A stretch of DNA of 64,000 nucleotides from Centroscyllium fabricii (lineage: Eukaryota): positions 10,974,001 through 11,038,000 of the forward strand of contig JBNRSN020000010.1 of NCBI GenBank assembly GCA_051313645.2, given 5' to 3'. Made by a program: the position numbers and the translations under genes. Shown here in pieces: positions 52,533 through 64,000 of this stretch (the stretch's first letter is position 1; the number at the start of each line of letters is the position of its first letter). The notes beneath the pieces were generated by a model that saw nothing but the letters and a program-made list of their open reading frames with translations, was not told the DNA's origin and did no database searches.

Positions 52533-54246
52533 TTATTTTTGCAATTTTTTGCAAGTAATTGTCCAAGGAAGTTTTGTCGCCTGCTTTAGCTGTTCCCTGA
52601 ATTTAGTTTGTGTAGCTGCATAAATACATGTGTTTGTACACGAACTCAAATACATGAGCATATATCCGGTTTCAGCGGCAATATAGGCAGGGGCTGCATA
52701 ATCGCCTCGGTAATGCACGGTGCTTGTCACACTAGCAGCTAAATTAGTAACGCAAGTTGTCAGCCACAACAGTATAAAACTGGCGGATACACTGAACAGT
52801 AAAATGATTGATTTCCTTCGGCTCACCATCTCTGGATCGCTCTGATTCTCACTGCTGTGACCCCGGAGTCCCCTGCGCGCTCTATTGGCAACTAAAATAC
52901 GTCTGGCTGTCAAACAATTAAACATTAATATCAAAGCAAAACTAAGCCAAGAAAAACAAATGCGACGTAACCAGGAAAACATCACTCCTATAGGCGATGA
53001 AAAGAACTCCACACTGGAGCGGCAACCCCAGTGAACATTGTTAAATGTTCGCTCAGGTTCAAATGCAAACCAAAACACGAGGCTCTGTAAACAGATCAGG
53101 ACAGAGACGGTAGTTAAAACTGCGGCCGCAATTCTCAATGTGCAATACTTTGTTTTAAACCCCTTACAACATATAGCTACAAATCGGTCAAATGTGAATG
53201 AGACTGTGAACCATACCGACAAATGCAAGGCGACACATTGCACGTATATAATGATCTTGCAAACGGCAGTGTAGGACAGGAAGGAATGTGGAAAGTGATA
53301 ACGTAAAATGCGGTTCACTAATATATTGAAGATCATGACCAGTAGATCTGCTGTTGCCATGGCCACCATATAGAGGGAAATACATTTGGAAAGGCCGCAG
53401 TTTCCTCTGGAGAGAATCACGATTGTCAGTAGGTTCGCTGAAAGAAGGAGGTAAAAATGATCAATAACGGAATATTCAGAAAAATGTCACAGCTTATTTA
53501 GGGACATTTTCGGATATGTCACTATTCAGCGTTATGCGCACGGATTTTATTATGTAAGCGAGTGTAAAGACATTTTAATTATAGTACTAAAACCACTGAA
53601 CATTCAATATCGAGTAGATGAAATATGCCGTACGTCCAGCAAACTTCAGTCAAGTATGAAATATAGTTACATGTCAATTAATGGAAAGATATAATTAAAA
53701 TAAAACATTCAACTCCGGTAAAGACTAATCATATTATACTAAAATGCTGCGTAGAGGAGGGGAGCACATTCCTGAGCGGATATTATTTCATAAAATAACT
53801 TTCAAAATACCCTCTTGGGTGGAATTTCCGCAATCCGCGGAATTATCAACTAAATGTAGAAAGGGAACAACGGCTCAAATTACGTGATTACAATGGGCAG
53901 TGAGCAACATATTCTTAATAGGCTTTGTGTTGTTGGAGGTGCCGGGTAACACGCCTCTTTCCCCCTGAATTTACTGATGAACATTGAGTGCCCGATGCCC
54001 GCGACCTAGAGACCAGAAAAGCGCCTCAGCGATCGCGCCGACAGCAAAGATTTCAGCTGATTTTCACCGACTGATCCCGGTGAATAAACAATTCTGCAAT
54101 GTGGACAATCCCAGAATCTGTTACATTAACACTGAGATATTGAACAGCTATTAGGCAACAGGTAACATTGTCTTACCAGGAATGCCAAATGCTGCGAGGA
54201 CATGGTAGTAATCGTCCCGTATCTGTAGAAATATTGGCCGTACCAT
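52533..54246 (-). CDS. GPR139-like orphan class A GPCR, intact, 324 aa (exon 1 54177-54246, exon 2 52533-53437)
   Basis: MVRPIFLQIRDDYYHVLAAFGIP|ANLLTIVILSRGNCGLSKC...; canonical GT-AG phase-1 intron; 975-nt CDS without stops; seven hydrophobic segments; MATADL, FDRF, KYCT, SRRKSIILL and SSCTNTCIY motifs. Confidence 0.9.
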
Positions 54247-54325
54247 TGTTTTGAAGATTTCTGTGAGCTCTGCACAGCTTTACGATTCCGACTTTAGTGT
54301 TTCTGAGATCCGTAAATCTTTGCAA

Positions 54326-54338
54326 TTTATAGACCAAT
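54326..54338 (-). promoter_or_regulatory. Putative TATA box plus CCAAT element of GPCR copy 2
   Basis: TTTATAGACCAAT conserved with 19653-19665 at the same distance from the ATG. Confidence 0.5.
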
Positions 54339-54679
54339 TGGCGGCTCAGTGAGATCATCAGTTTGCACTGTAATTGGTGTTAGTTTCAGTCGCTTAACAA
54401 ACAAGGGATAATTTTCCGGTTCAGTGAGCCTGGGTCGCCAATGGGGAATTGGACAGCTCAGTCCATGAAACTCCACCCATTAAAATCAATGAGCGAAACG
54501 TAATCCCAGAGGAAATGGGCTCAGCGCATGTCCAGTAAACCATAAAGGATAAAGTAAACGAGCCACCGTACGCTGCCTTGATTTCTTGAAACCTCATCTT
54601 AATTTGGTCAAATCGTCACTCCTCCATTGCAATTATTAAATGTTGTTTTCTACTTTGATTAAGAATGATTTTGAATCGT

Positions 54680-55440
54680 CTCTAACAGTACTGAAGGTGA
54701 CCATACACTAACCTTTTGAAGGTCACCCTATTCTAACATTACCGGTGGTCAACCTACTCTAACATACCGGTGGTGGCGCTTATCTAACAAAACTGGTGCT
54801 GATTGCTGCTTAACAGTACTGTTGGTGAGTGCTATCTAAAATTACTGCTGATGACAGTCTCTTAACAATACTGATGGTGTTCCTGATCTGCCGTTACTGG
54901 TGGTGACTATACTCTAACATTACTGGCAATGAGACTGCTGTGACATTACTGCCGGTGGCCCTACTCTAACATTACTGGACGTGACTGTACTACAATATTA
55001 CTGGTGGTGACTGAACTCTACCTTTACTGGTGGTGATTATACTCTAATATTGCTTGGGCTGACCCTACACTAACGTTACCGGTGATGACACTAATCCAAC
55101 AAACTGATGATGGCCCTACACTAAGATTGCTGGTTGTGACTGTACACTAACATGACTGAGGTTGATCCTACTCAATTATTACTCATGGTGACCTTACTTT
55201 TCGAGTATGGGTGGCCTTCGTTTAATTAATACCTATGCCCCAATGTCACATTATTGCTATTGACTCTACGATGATATTATTGGTGCCTACGGTGCTGCAA
55301 TATTACTGTAGGTGACCCTAATCCAATATTATTTTTGGTTTTCGGATGTAATATTGCTGGTAGTGATTCTTCTCAAATGTTACAGCTGGTAACGATATTA
55401 TCATCTAATGGGTGCTGACATCTCTCTACCATTACTTCTG
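54680..55440. repeat. 26-bp minisatellite paralog
   Basis: ctactctaacattactggtggtgac units, about 0.75 kb. Confidence 0.88.
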
Positions 55441-55444
55441 TTGA

Positions 55445-57900
55445 CCTCTTTTTTATTTGTTTACAGGATGCTGGACATGCTGTCACGATCAGCCTTAAAT
55501 GCCCAAACCCAATTACCCCAGAGAAGTTGGTGGTGAGACGCCTTATTAAACCGCTGCAGCCAATTAGTGGACGGTCCTCCCACAGTGCTGTTAGGGTGGG
55601 ATTCAGGGATATTGACCGAACGGCGACGAAGGAAGGGCAATATATTTCCAAGTCTGAATAGTGTCTAACTTGGAGGAGAACTTGCAAATGGTGGCTTCTC
55701 AAAACACCTGCTGCCCTTGTCCTTCCAGGCGGCAGAGGTCCCATGTTCTTGAGGGGCTTTCGAAGAAATTTAGCGAGTTGCTGCAGTACATATTTTCGAT
55801 GGTACATACTGCAGTCACAGTGCACGGGTGCTGGACGGAGTGTTTTTTAAGTGGTGAATCGGTGGCAATCAAGCGGGCTGTTTGTTCTAGATGGTTTGGA
55901 GCTTTGTGAGTATTGGAGATGCACTCATGCAGGCAAGTGGCGAGTATTCCATCAAACTCCTGACTTGTGCCTTGTAGATGGTAGAAAGTATTTTGTAAGT
56001 ACGTGGATGGGAATCTCGCCGCAACATACCTAATCTCTGACCTGCTGTTGCAGCCACATTATTGAGGTGGCTCGTCCTGTTAAGGATCTGGTCATTGGTG
56101 TCCACTACGATGTATGTGGTGATAGTTTCGACGATGGAAATTCCGTTGAATGTTAAGTGGAGAATGACACTCTCTCATTTTGGAAATTCTGATTTCGTGG
56201 AGAATGTTTGTCAGCAATGTTTCTTGCAATTTATCAGCCCAAGCCAGTATGATGTGCTTGTGTCGCTGCATGGGGGCTTCATTATCCCAGGAAATGGGAA
56301 CAGAACGGAACACTCTAAAATCAACAGGAACATCCTGAATCTTATTTTCTTATGATGGCCGGGGCATCAATGATGAAGCTGTTGAATAAGGTAGAGTCTC
56401 AGGTATTGCCCAGAGGAAAATCTTCAGCAATGTTCTGGGGCTGATATGACGGGTCTGCAACAAACTTCTCTTTTGCTAGCTATGAATCCAGCCAGTGAGC
56501 CTTTTTCTGCTGAACGCCATTTATATCAAATTTACCATGGCTGCAGGCTGCCGCACATGGTCAAATATTTTTGATGTCCGTATCAATCACTGTTACCTCA
56601 CCTCTGGAATAATGATCATTTGTCCATGTTTGGAGAATGCTGACGTGAGAGCTCGAGCCATCGGATCCTGGCTAAAACAAACTGAGCATCACTTATCAGG
56701 TTTTAGATCAGCATGTGACGCTTGTTTGCAATGACGACGACGCCTTCCATCACTTTGCTCATAACTGAGAGTAAGGTGATCAGACGGTAATTGGCCGAAT
56801 ATGATTTGTCCTGCTTTTCGTGGACAGGACATTCGGGGTAATTTTTCACTATGTCGGTAGATTCCAGGGCAGCAGTAGTCCGGAAACAGCTTGGCTAGAA
56901 GGGCAACTAGATCTGTAGCAGGATCCTGCAGCACCACAGCACGGAGGTTGATGGGCCACAACCTTTGCCATATCAAGCGTGGTCAGTCGTATTTGATGTC
57001 ATGTCGAGTGCAGTTCTGGTATCCCTATTTAAGAAAGGACATATTTGCTCTCGTGGCAGTGCAGAGAAGGTTCACTAGGTTAATTCCGGGGATGAGGGGG
57101 CTAACATATGACGAGAGGCTGAGTAGATTGGGCCTCTACTCATTGGAGGTCAGAAGAATGAGAGGCGATCTTATTTAAACATATAAGATTGTGAGAGGGC
57201 TTGATCGGGTGGATGCGGTGAGGATGTTCCCAATGGTGGGTGAAACTAGGACTAGGGGGCATAATCTTAAAATAAGGGGCTGCCATTTCAAAACTTAGAT
57301 GAGGAGAAACTTCTTCACTCAGAGGGTGGTGGGGCTGTGGAATTTGCTGCCCCAGAGAGCTGTGGAAGCTACTTCGTTGAATAAATTTAAAACCGAGATA
57401 GACAGTTTCCTGGAATTAAAGGGAATTAGTGATTATGGTGAGCGGGCAGGTAAGTGGACGTGAGGCTAGGTTCAGATCGGCCATGTGATCTCCTGGACCA
57501 GTTTTCGATCGCCTGGAAGGGTCGGAGAGGAATTTTCCTGATTTTTTCTCCCAAATTGGCTACTGGGTTTTTTATCTGGTTGTTCGCCTCTCCCAGGTGA
57601 TTACATGGGTCTGGGCGGGGTGGAGAGTAAAAATAAAATTGAGGTTAGGATCAGATCAGCCATGACCTTGTTGAATGGTGGAGCAGGCTCAAGGGGCCGA
57701 TTGGCCTACTCCTGCTCCTGTTCCTTATGTTCTTATGCTCTTATGAAGTGACTGAAAATGACATTATGATGGTGGCGATCTCAGGAGCAGGCCGAGATGA
57801 ATCATCCACTCGGCAATACTGGCTGAAGATGGTTGTGAACGCTTCCATATTATCTTTCGGAGGCCCATGCTTGGCTTCTTCGTCATTGGAGATGGGGATA
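55445..57900 (-). mobile_element. Degraded family-B LINE split by a CR1
   Basis: TIYKAQVRSLMEYSPLACMSA (ORF 55887-56105); the family resumes after 57745. Confidence 0.75.
57005..57745 (+). mobile_element. 5'-truncated CR1 with extended 3'UTR
   Basis: VQFWYPYLRKDIFALVAVQRRFTRLIPG...RMRGDLI; 3' end ggagcaggctcaagg...(ttcttatg)n. Confidence 0.88.
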
Positions 57901-59950
57901 TTAACAGACAAAACATGTAGAAGATTTCAGGAAGATTCCAGGAGAAACATGGGAGAAAATGAAAGATGAGAGACCAGTGACCCAGCGTATAGCTTAATCA
58001 TTGTTGTGATTCCACCCATAGGGTCACGGGGAAATATACGTCCCAATTGTCCTCTGTAAGCTGCTGCTCCATACTGTAATGTATTAAGTCAGGCATGTGC
58101 TCCATGAAGGAAATTACTGTATCCAGTGTGGCTCTGTTTCGCATCATTTAGAGCCAGGTTCCCTCTGCGATATCATAAACGCCCGGCACATCCTGCAGTC
58201 TGCCATCACCATCAAGCCAGGGGAACCTCAATGAAGAGTAGCTGGAGCAGCAGCAGATGTACCTGAAAAGGTGGTGCCAATCTGACGAAGTTACAGCAAA
58301 AATGTGCATGCATGCTAAATAGCAGTACAGCATTCTGAAGCCTGCACTAATTGAGCCCACAACAAATGGATCATAACATAGCTGTCCCATTCTGCCACAT
58401 CCAGTCATGAGTGTTTTGGGGCAATTAAACAATTAACGGAATGAGATGGATTCATGAACATCCCCATCCTCAATGATGGCAGAGCCCAGCACGGACTTAG
58501 CAAAACTGCAGTAAGACTTGCTACTCTTATACTCCAATCCATTTGTAGAAAACGTTTATTAACCATTTGCTTTCTTAATTGCTTTCTGCACTTGGAAGCC
58601 AGCTTTGCAGTGTACATGGACACCAAGTTTCCCAATAATTCCAACATGATGCAATATCGCACCAGTTTACAATATTATGTTTTTCTATTTTCCATACAAA
58701 ACTGGATAACTTCACACTTCTCCCATCTGATATGTTCTTTCCCAATCACTTAACCTGTCTATAACGCTTTTTATCATATTTGCATCTACATCAGAACTTA
58801 CTTTCACACCTAGCTTTGTATCACCAGCAAACTCGGAACCATTTGTCACATTTGAGCTTCCAGTTCATTCAGTTTATTTCTTACACCCCATACATCAGCA
58901 AATAACACAACTATTTGGCTTGATGCTGTCTTTCTTATAGTGTTTAATTTTTTTTTATTATGTATCTCCCCTGCTTCAACCTCGTTAATTATTTTAGTAC
59001 TCCCTTCACTAGAGTATCACGTGGTGACCTGAAATCTGCTCTTAACCTGTTTTATCGATCAATTATCAGTTTTACTGTTGTTTAAGACAGAGCCCGCCCC
59101 CACCGCATTTCATTGTTTAATGTCCAATTTTGCCAAGCTATTTATACTTTCCACTGGGAATATAGTTACAGCCTTTTCCAAAGGTACAGTTATCTCTTGG
59201 CCTGTTTCTCGTAACAGTGTCCCATGAAATGGAACCGCTTCCTCCCACACCACTCATCCAGCCACATGTTCACCTTTCTATTCTGTTTGTCTCTGTTACA
59301 AGTTGCACGTGGCCCGGGTAATAATCCTGAGAATAGCAGCCTTGAAGATATTGTATTTAGTTCCTCACTCCACATTCTCCCGCAACAAGAACTCTTCACT
59401 TTTTACATGTTTTCATTGATCCCAACATGGACCTCGATGAACCTGGCTTTGCAATTGCATTTGGAGCTGCATCGAGCTATCCTTTATCATGGAATCAGTT
59501 TATGTAACAAACCGGGATAATGAACCCTGGAATTTATGATAATCCTCCCTCATGAGCGAGGACCCGCTCGGGGAGGGAACTTCCGTAATCTCCGCAAAAC
59601 ATGTCTTACATTTCACACCTGAAATCGTTGTAGACCTAGTTCAATGTGGTAAGCAATAGAGACTCCCATCTTCTGTACATTAGGAGTGCAGGTACATTTA
59701 AAACTCATAACATCACAGAATAAATACTCCTTGTTTCATAACATCCTGCAGCAGTAGCGTCGTTTCCAATTCCATTTTGCAATGTAATATTGAATCTGCC
59801 CCCATCACCTTTTCAGCGATTGCATTCCCGACATCAACCCGCTGTGCAAAACAATTTTCCTCCTTTTGACGCTGGTTCTTCTATCAATCACATTTTACTT
59901 CGCAGAAGTGTTTGTAACAGGTCGGGTCGATATGATTGAAGCTATTTCCT

Positions 59951-62785
59951 CGTTGATGCACAATTAATTATACTCGAGACGAAGTTGAGAATACAACTGA
60001 GCGATTTATTCTCTAAGAACACTGGAACATCGTTAGGCTGACTGGCGACTCCTTGTAGTGAGCCAGCGTTCCAAAGTCTGGGCTTATATCAGGTATGCTA
60101 TGGGTGGAGTCAGCTTCAGGCATGCCCAGCCATGTATACACACAGGCAAGATGCAACTATATACAAACAGTTGTTTACCGCATTCACCCATTCTTAAAAA
60201 TGAGTATGCAGGGTGAAGTGTGACAAGGTCAAGTGTACATGAGTCTTTCAGGAGGTCTGGTACACCTCTGCGATAGTTGTAGCTCCGACTGTGGCGCAGG
60301 TCTAACGTCTCCATCCATGCGGGAGCAGTCGGCAGTCGGTGGTGAGGCCCTTGGGACCGGCACGCTGTGTACATGGGCTAGGGGCGATATTTCGGACACA
60401 GGCGCCTCGCAGGTTGCAGTGGCTGGCAAAATGTGAGGGTGGCGGGGTTCGGCGGCATCGAGGGTACCCAAGGGTGCACGGACCCGAATGGAGTCCGTGG
60501 CCTCCCGCCCATCCGGATACCCAATGTAGGTGTATTGGGGGTGTGCGTGGAGAAGTTAGACTGTTTTAATGAGGGATCTGTCTAATGGTTTCTGATGTGT
60601 TTTCAGAGCAGGACGAACCCTGTGGACCTCAGCCAAAATGTGAGCGATGTCCCCGAGGTGGCCGACCTCATGAGTTGAAGCATTTATGGCCGTACAGAGA
60701 AGGGATCGGATGGTATGGAGTGCATCAGGGAGTACGTCTTGCCAGCGAGAGACTGGAAAGCCTCTAGACGTTAGAGCTAGCAGGGTGGCCTTCCAGACTG
60801 TAGCGGTCTCCCTCACCTGATTTCAGCTCAATGGTGGAGAACACCTTGTACTGCGCAATCGGATTGACTATGTCACATAAGCGGGGAAGGGTTTACGCTT
60901 CCAACTGCGTAAATCAGTTGATGGTCTGGCTGTAGTCGACAACCATTTGGTTCTTTTCACTGGTCTTAAAGATGACTACCTAAACCCTCCAGTGGCTAGT
61001 GCTAGCCTCAATGAGCCATTCCTTCAGTAGCCGCTGTACATCGGACTTGATTAAAGCCCAGCCCCCAGCACTGTATCTCCTGTTCTTAGTGGCTAAGGGT
61101 TTACAGACTGGGGAGAGGTTAGCGAAACGTGGGGGAGGGGCACCTTTGCGAGTCGAGTGGCTGCAGACGGTGTGTGGTGGGCACTTTAAGGACTGCTGGC
61201 TGCGGACAGTGAGAGGGGGAAGGGACCCGCCATAGGCCATTGTAATCCTGTTAAAGTGGGGTTGGTAGTCTAACCCCAGGAGGACAGCAGTGCAGATATT
61301 GGAAGGCTAGAAGTTTGAAATTCTTATACAAAGCACCTTTCACCGACAGGGTTACCACGCAATAAACACTGACATCTGCGGTCTGCGATTTAGAAGCGAG
61401 GGAGATGTGCTGGTGCAGGGGATGCTTGGAGAGCGAATGGCGGCAGACCTTATCATGGTGGATAAAGGTTGTCGTGCTCCCCGAGCCAAACAGGCAGTTC
61501 CTGGTGCAGCCGTTTACCTAAATGTCCATCATGGACTTCGTGTGGTAGTGGGGCTGGGACTGGTCCAAGGTAATGGAAGCCAATACCGAGATTGGTGGCT
61601 CATCGCAGCTAGCAGGGGAGCCGGCTCGGTCCATGGCTGGAGGCATCCAAGATGGCGGACAATATGGTAGCTCTCATGAGTTGCACATGTTGGGGAGTGT
61701 CCAAGATGGCCGCAAGGTCGGTTTGCACGTGGCGCACCTCAGCCTGGGGGACGAATTGCAGACGCTCGTGTAGTGTCCCTTCTTCTGGCAATGCGTGCAC
61801 GTAGCTTCCTTTGCCAGACAGCTCTCTCTGCAGTGATTTGCTTGGACACAGAAATAGGACCTCTGTCTCTGGGACACCGCCGTGGTGGTCGGGCTGTTCG
61901 CGTGACTAGGCAAAGGTGGCGCGGCATAGGGTGTTGTGCCTGGCGTGTTCCAATCTGGCAACTCCCGGATGGTCCACGGGGCGGCCATGTAGCTGGGTGT
62001 GTTTGCCTCCATACTCTGATTACCTTACATGACTGCGAGTCCGATATTTGTGGCCATCATCAGGGACAGTTTGACCAGTTCTAGCAATCCTTCCGGGTGT
62101 AGTCCGATTGTATGCCTACGACAATGGCGTCCCGGACCAGCAGCCCCCTGTGCTCATCTGCCGAGGCCGTTTCACAGTTGCAGGCTCTGCCGAGCTCCGT
62201 CAGAACCCACTCGAATCCAGCGAAACTCTCACCTGGCTGTTGTTTGCGGTTCAGCAGGAGGTGCCTGGCGAAAACCGTGTGGGTCGGGCGCTTGTACTGT
62301 TACTTGAGGAGGGCCATCACGGATGTGTAGAATGCCACTCCCTTGAAGATTTGGAACACTCGGTGATGGACCCGGGACTGCAGGAGCGAGAGTATGTGGG
62401 CGTCCGTTTGGATAGTGTTGGTGAAAGCAGCCAGAGATCGCTCGAAGCAGCTTAGTCAGTTTTACAAGCCGCTTGGTGTCTCCGGTGCGCTCGGGTCGAG
62501 ATCCAGTGTGGAAGGCTTCAGGAATTCTTCCATCTGAAAACTTTTAGTGAATAAAATTGTTGCTCGATCAATTATACGCGAGACAAAGCTAAGAATACAA
62601 CCGAGGCTTTTATTCACTAAGAACCCTGGATCATCCTTTTGCTGACTGGCAACACATTGTAGTGAGCCAGGCTCCCAGAGACTGGGCCTATATCAGGTAG
62701 GCTGGGAAAGAATTAGCTTCAGGCATGCCCAGTCATGTATACACACAGGCAAGAGGCAACTTTATACAAACAGTGGTTTTCCTCT
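59951..62785 (-). mobile_element. Internally deleted Ty3/Gypsy LTR retrotransposon
   Basis: ~230-bp LTRs at 59951-60182 and 62558-62785; PPT-like aagaatgggtgaa. gag from ~62533 with CCHC (CTHCQKKGHYTSVC); degenerate protease; RT N-terminus (IEASTSHWR, MVVDYSQTIN) fused near 60817 to the integrase C-terminal half (WQDVLPDALHTIRSLLCTA). Confidence 0.88.
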
Positions 62786-63644
62786 AGAGGATAAAGGTAG
62801 TCATTGACTGGTTGGGTGGAATTTATTGTTTCCATGTTGTAACACTGACGTATGTGTGTGTACATTGAGGTATCACGATTTAGAAATAGTATTAGGAGCC
62901 TGGGAAAATGACTTTGGACCTCAATGTTTTAGAGCACTGAAGCCAGACCTGGCATCAGGCAGCACTGGGAATGTGGGTTAAATGTTTGTGACCACAGGGA
63001 ACGGCTCTGGAGTTAGGTCGTTGGGAGAAATATGGAACGTTGGATTCTGCTATCCAGAAGTTATAACAACGTTGATGTATATATAGCTTTGTAAGATTTA
63101 TTCAACTATTCAGAGGTTAAAAATATTCGTGTAAGCCCAGGAATTTGAGACATGCTATGTGTTTGAATATAAATCTTCATTGGAGGCCCTCAAATAAATA
63201 TTGAAAACAAAGCAATCATTAGATTTATGATGCAAATACGAAAATTAGGTTTTTGCTTTTATTTAGATCCTTATTTTGATGATTGGTCATTTCAGTTACA
63301 GAAAAATGACAAACATTATTTTCAATTAGCTCTTTCTTTATTTTGATTGTTTGATGAAGAAACTCGTTCCTGTGCCGGTTCTGTGAAAGAGCCTCCATTT
63401 AATACCTCGCCAGCTCCTTCCCTCGAGTTCTGCACATTTTCTACTTCAAGGATTAAAACAAGTAATATTCAAAGCTACTATTGAAACTGCTTCCGCCACC
63501 CATGCAAAGCAATGCAGTCCAGACGAGAACCGCTGGCTGCGTGAGACAAATTGACCTCAGCTTCCATCTGGTTTATTGATAACTCCCTGTAAAATAAGCA
63601 TCTTTACGTTTCTTGAATTTATGTTATTATTTATTTGCAGAAAT

Positions 63645-64000
63645 TGTTGGAGTGAATTTCGGACAATGCAAAGTATGCTTGAACTGAACTTTGATGGACT
63701 CTTAATAAAGTTAAACGGCATGCACTCTCAGTGAGGTAATGCCACCAAAGGGCTAACAGGGTAAAACTGGACTTCTGCAAACGCACACTGTACTAACAGG
63801 TGGAACTAAGTTGTGGCGGACTAGCCCAATTCAAGGACATCACACATGAACCACAGACAACTGTGGGAGTGAGACAAAGCGGATACGCAGAACACAGAAG
63901 GTTCCTTAGAAAACTAACAACGGCAGTTTCAGGGGGAGATAAAACTGTCCACATTGACGTAGGTTACAGGTTGTTGAGTTAATTGGCTAAAACTAACATA
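63645..64000 (+). mobile_element. Start of an LTR related to the ERV LTR (diverged subfamily), truncated by the window end
   Basis: Begins TGTTGGAGTGAATTT (cf. TGTTGGAGTAAATTT). Shares ccaaaggg.taacagggtaa and ttgacgtaggtta.aggtt.ttgagttaattggctaa blocks with 40047-40713. Confidence 0.8.

Larger units (their letters stand above)
48220..55440 (+). repeat. Segmental duplication copy 2
   Basis: Collinear with 13430-23540, e.g. 49195-49360 vs 14919-15100 and 52060-52450 vs 17380-17770. Confidence 0.9.

Noticed and set aside
59940-62795. TSD of the Gypsy element
   Set aside because: Termini are mutated and no matching 4-6 bp flanking duplication could be identified.

Overview
Vertebrate, repeat-dense genomic DNA, most likely from a cartilaginous fish (shark-type HE1/V-SINEs, CR1 LINEs, Penelope elements and GPR139-like receptors). 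Host content: an old segmental duplication (~13.4-23.5 kb vs ~48.2-55.4 kb), each copy carrying a two-exon, minus-strand GPR139-like class A GPCR. The copy at 52533-54246 is intact (324 aa); the copy at 17865-19573 has one in-frame TAA. Plus-strand spliced exons missed by the ORF track (7496-10045 and 29557-32131) look like two copies of an EHD/dynamin-like GTPase with a two-TM C-terminus. Mobile content: a full-length endogenous retrovirus (40047-48207; ~97% identical LTRs, GGAGG TSD, class III/snakehead-like pol, gamma-type env, TGA-CAA gag-pol junction, no recognisable tRNA PBS, and a small TM ORF overlapping env); an internally deleted Gypsy element with a self-complementary PBS (59951-62785); a related ERV LTR at the right edge; nested CR1/L2/SINE insertions; Penelope elements with hammerhead-like cores; TIR elements; three minisatellites; and a telomeric-repeat insertion. 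Boundaries of old repeats are approximate, and family names come from motif recognition, not database searches.
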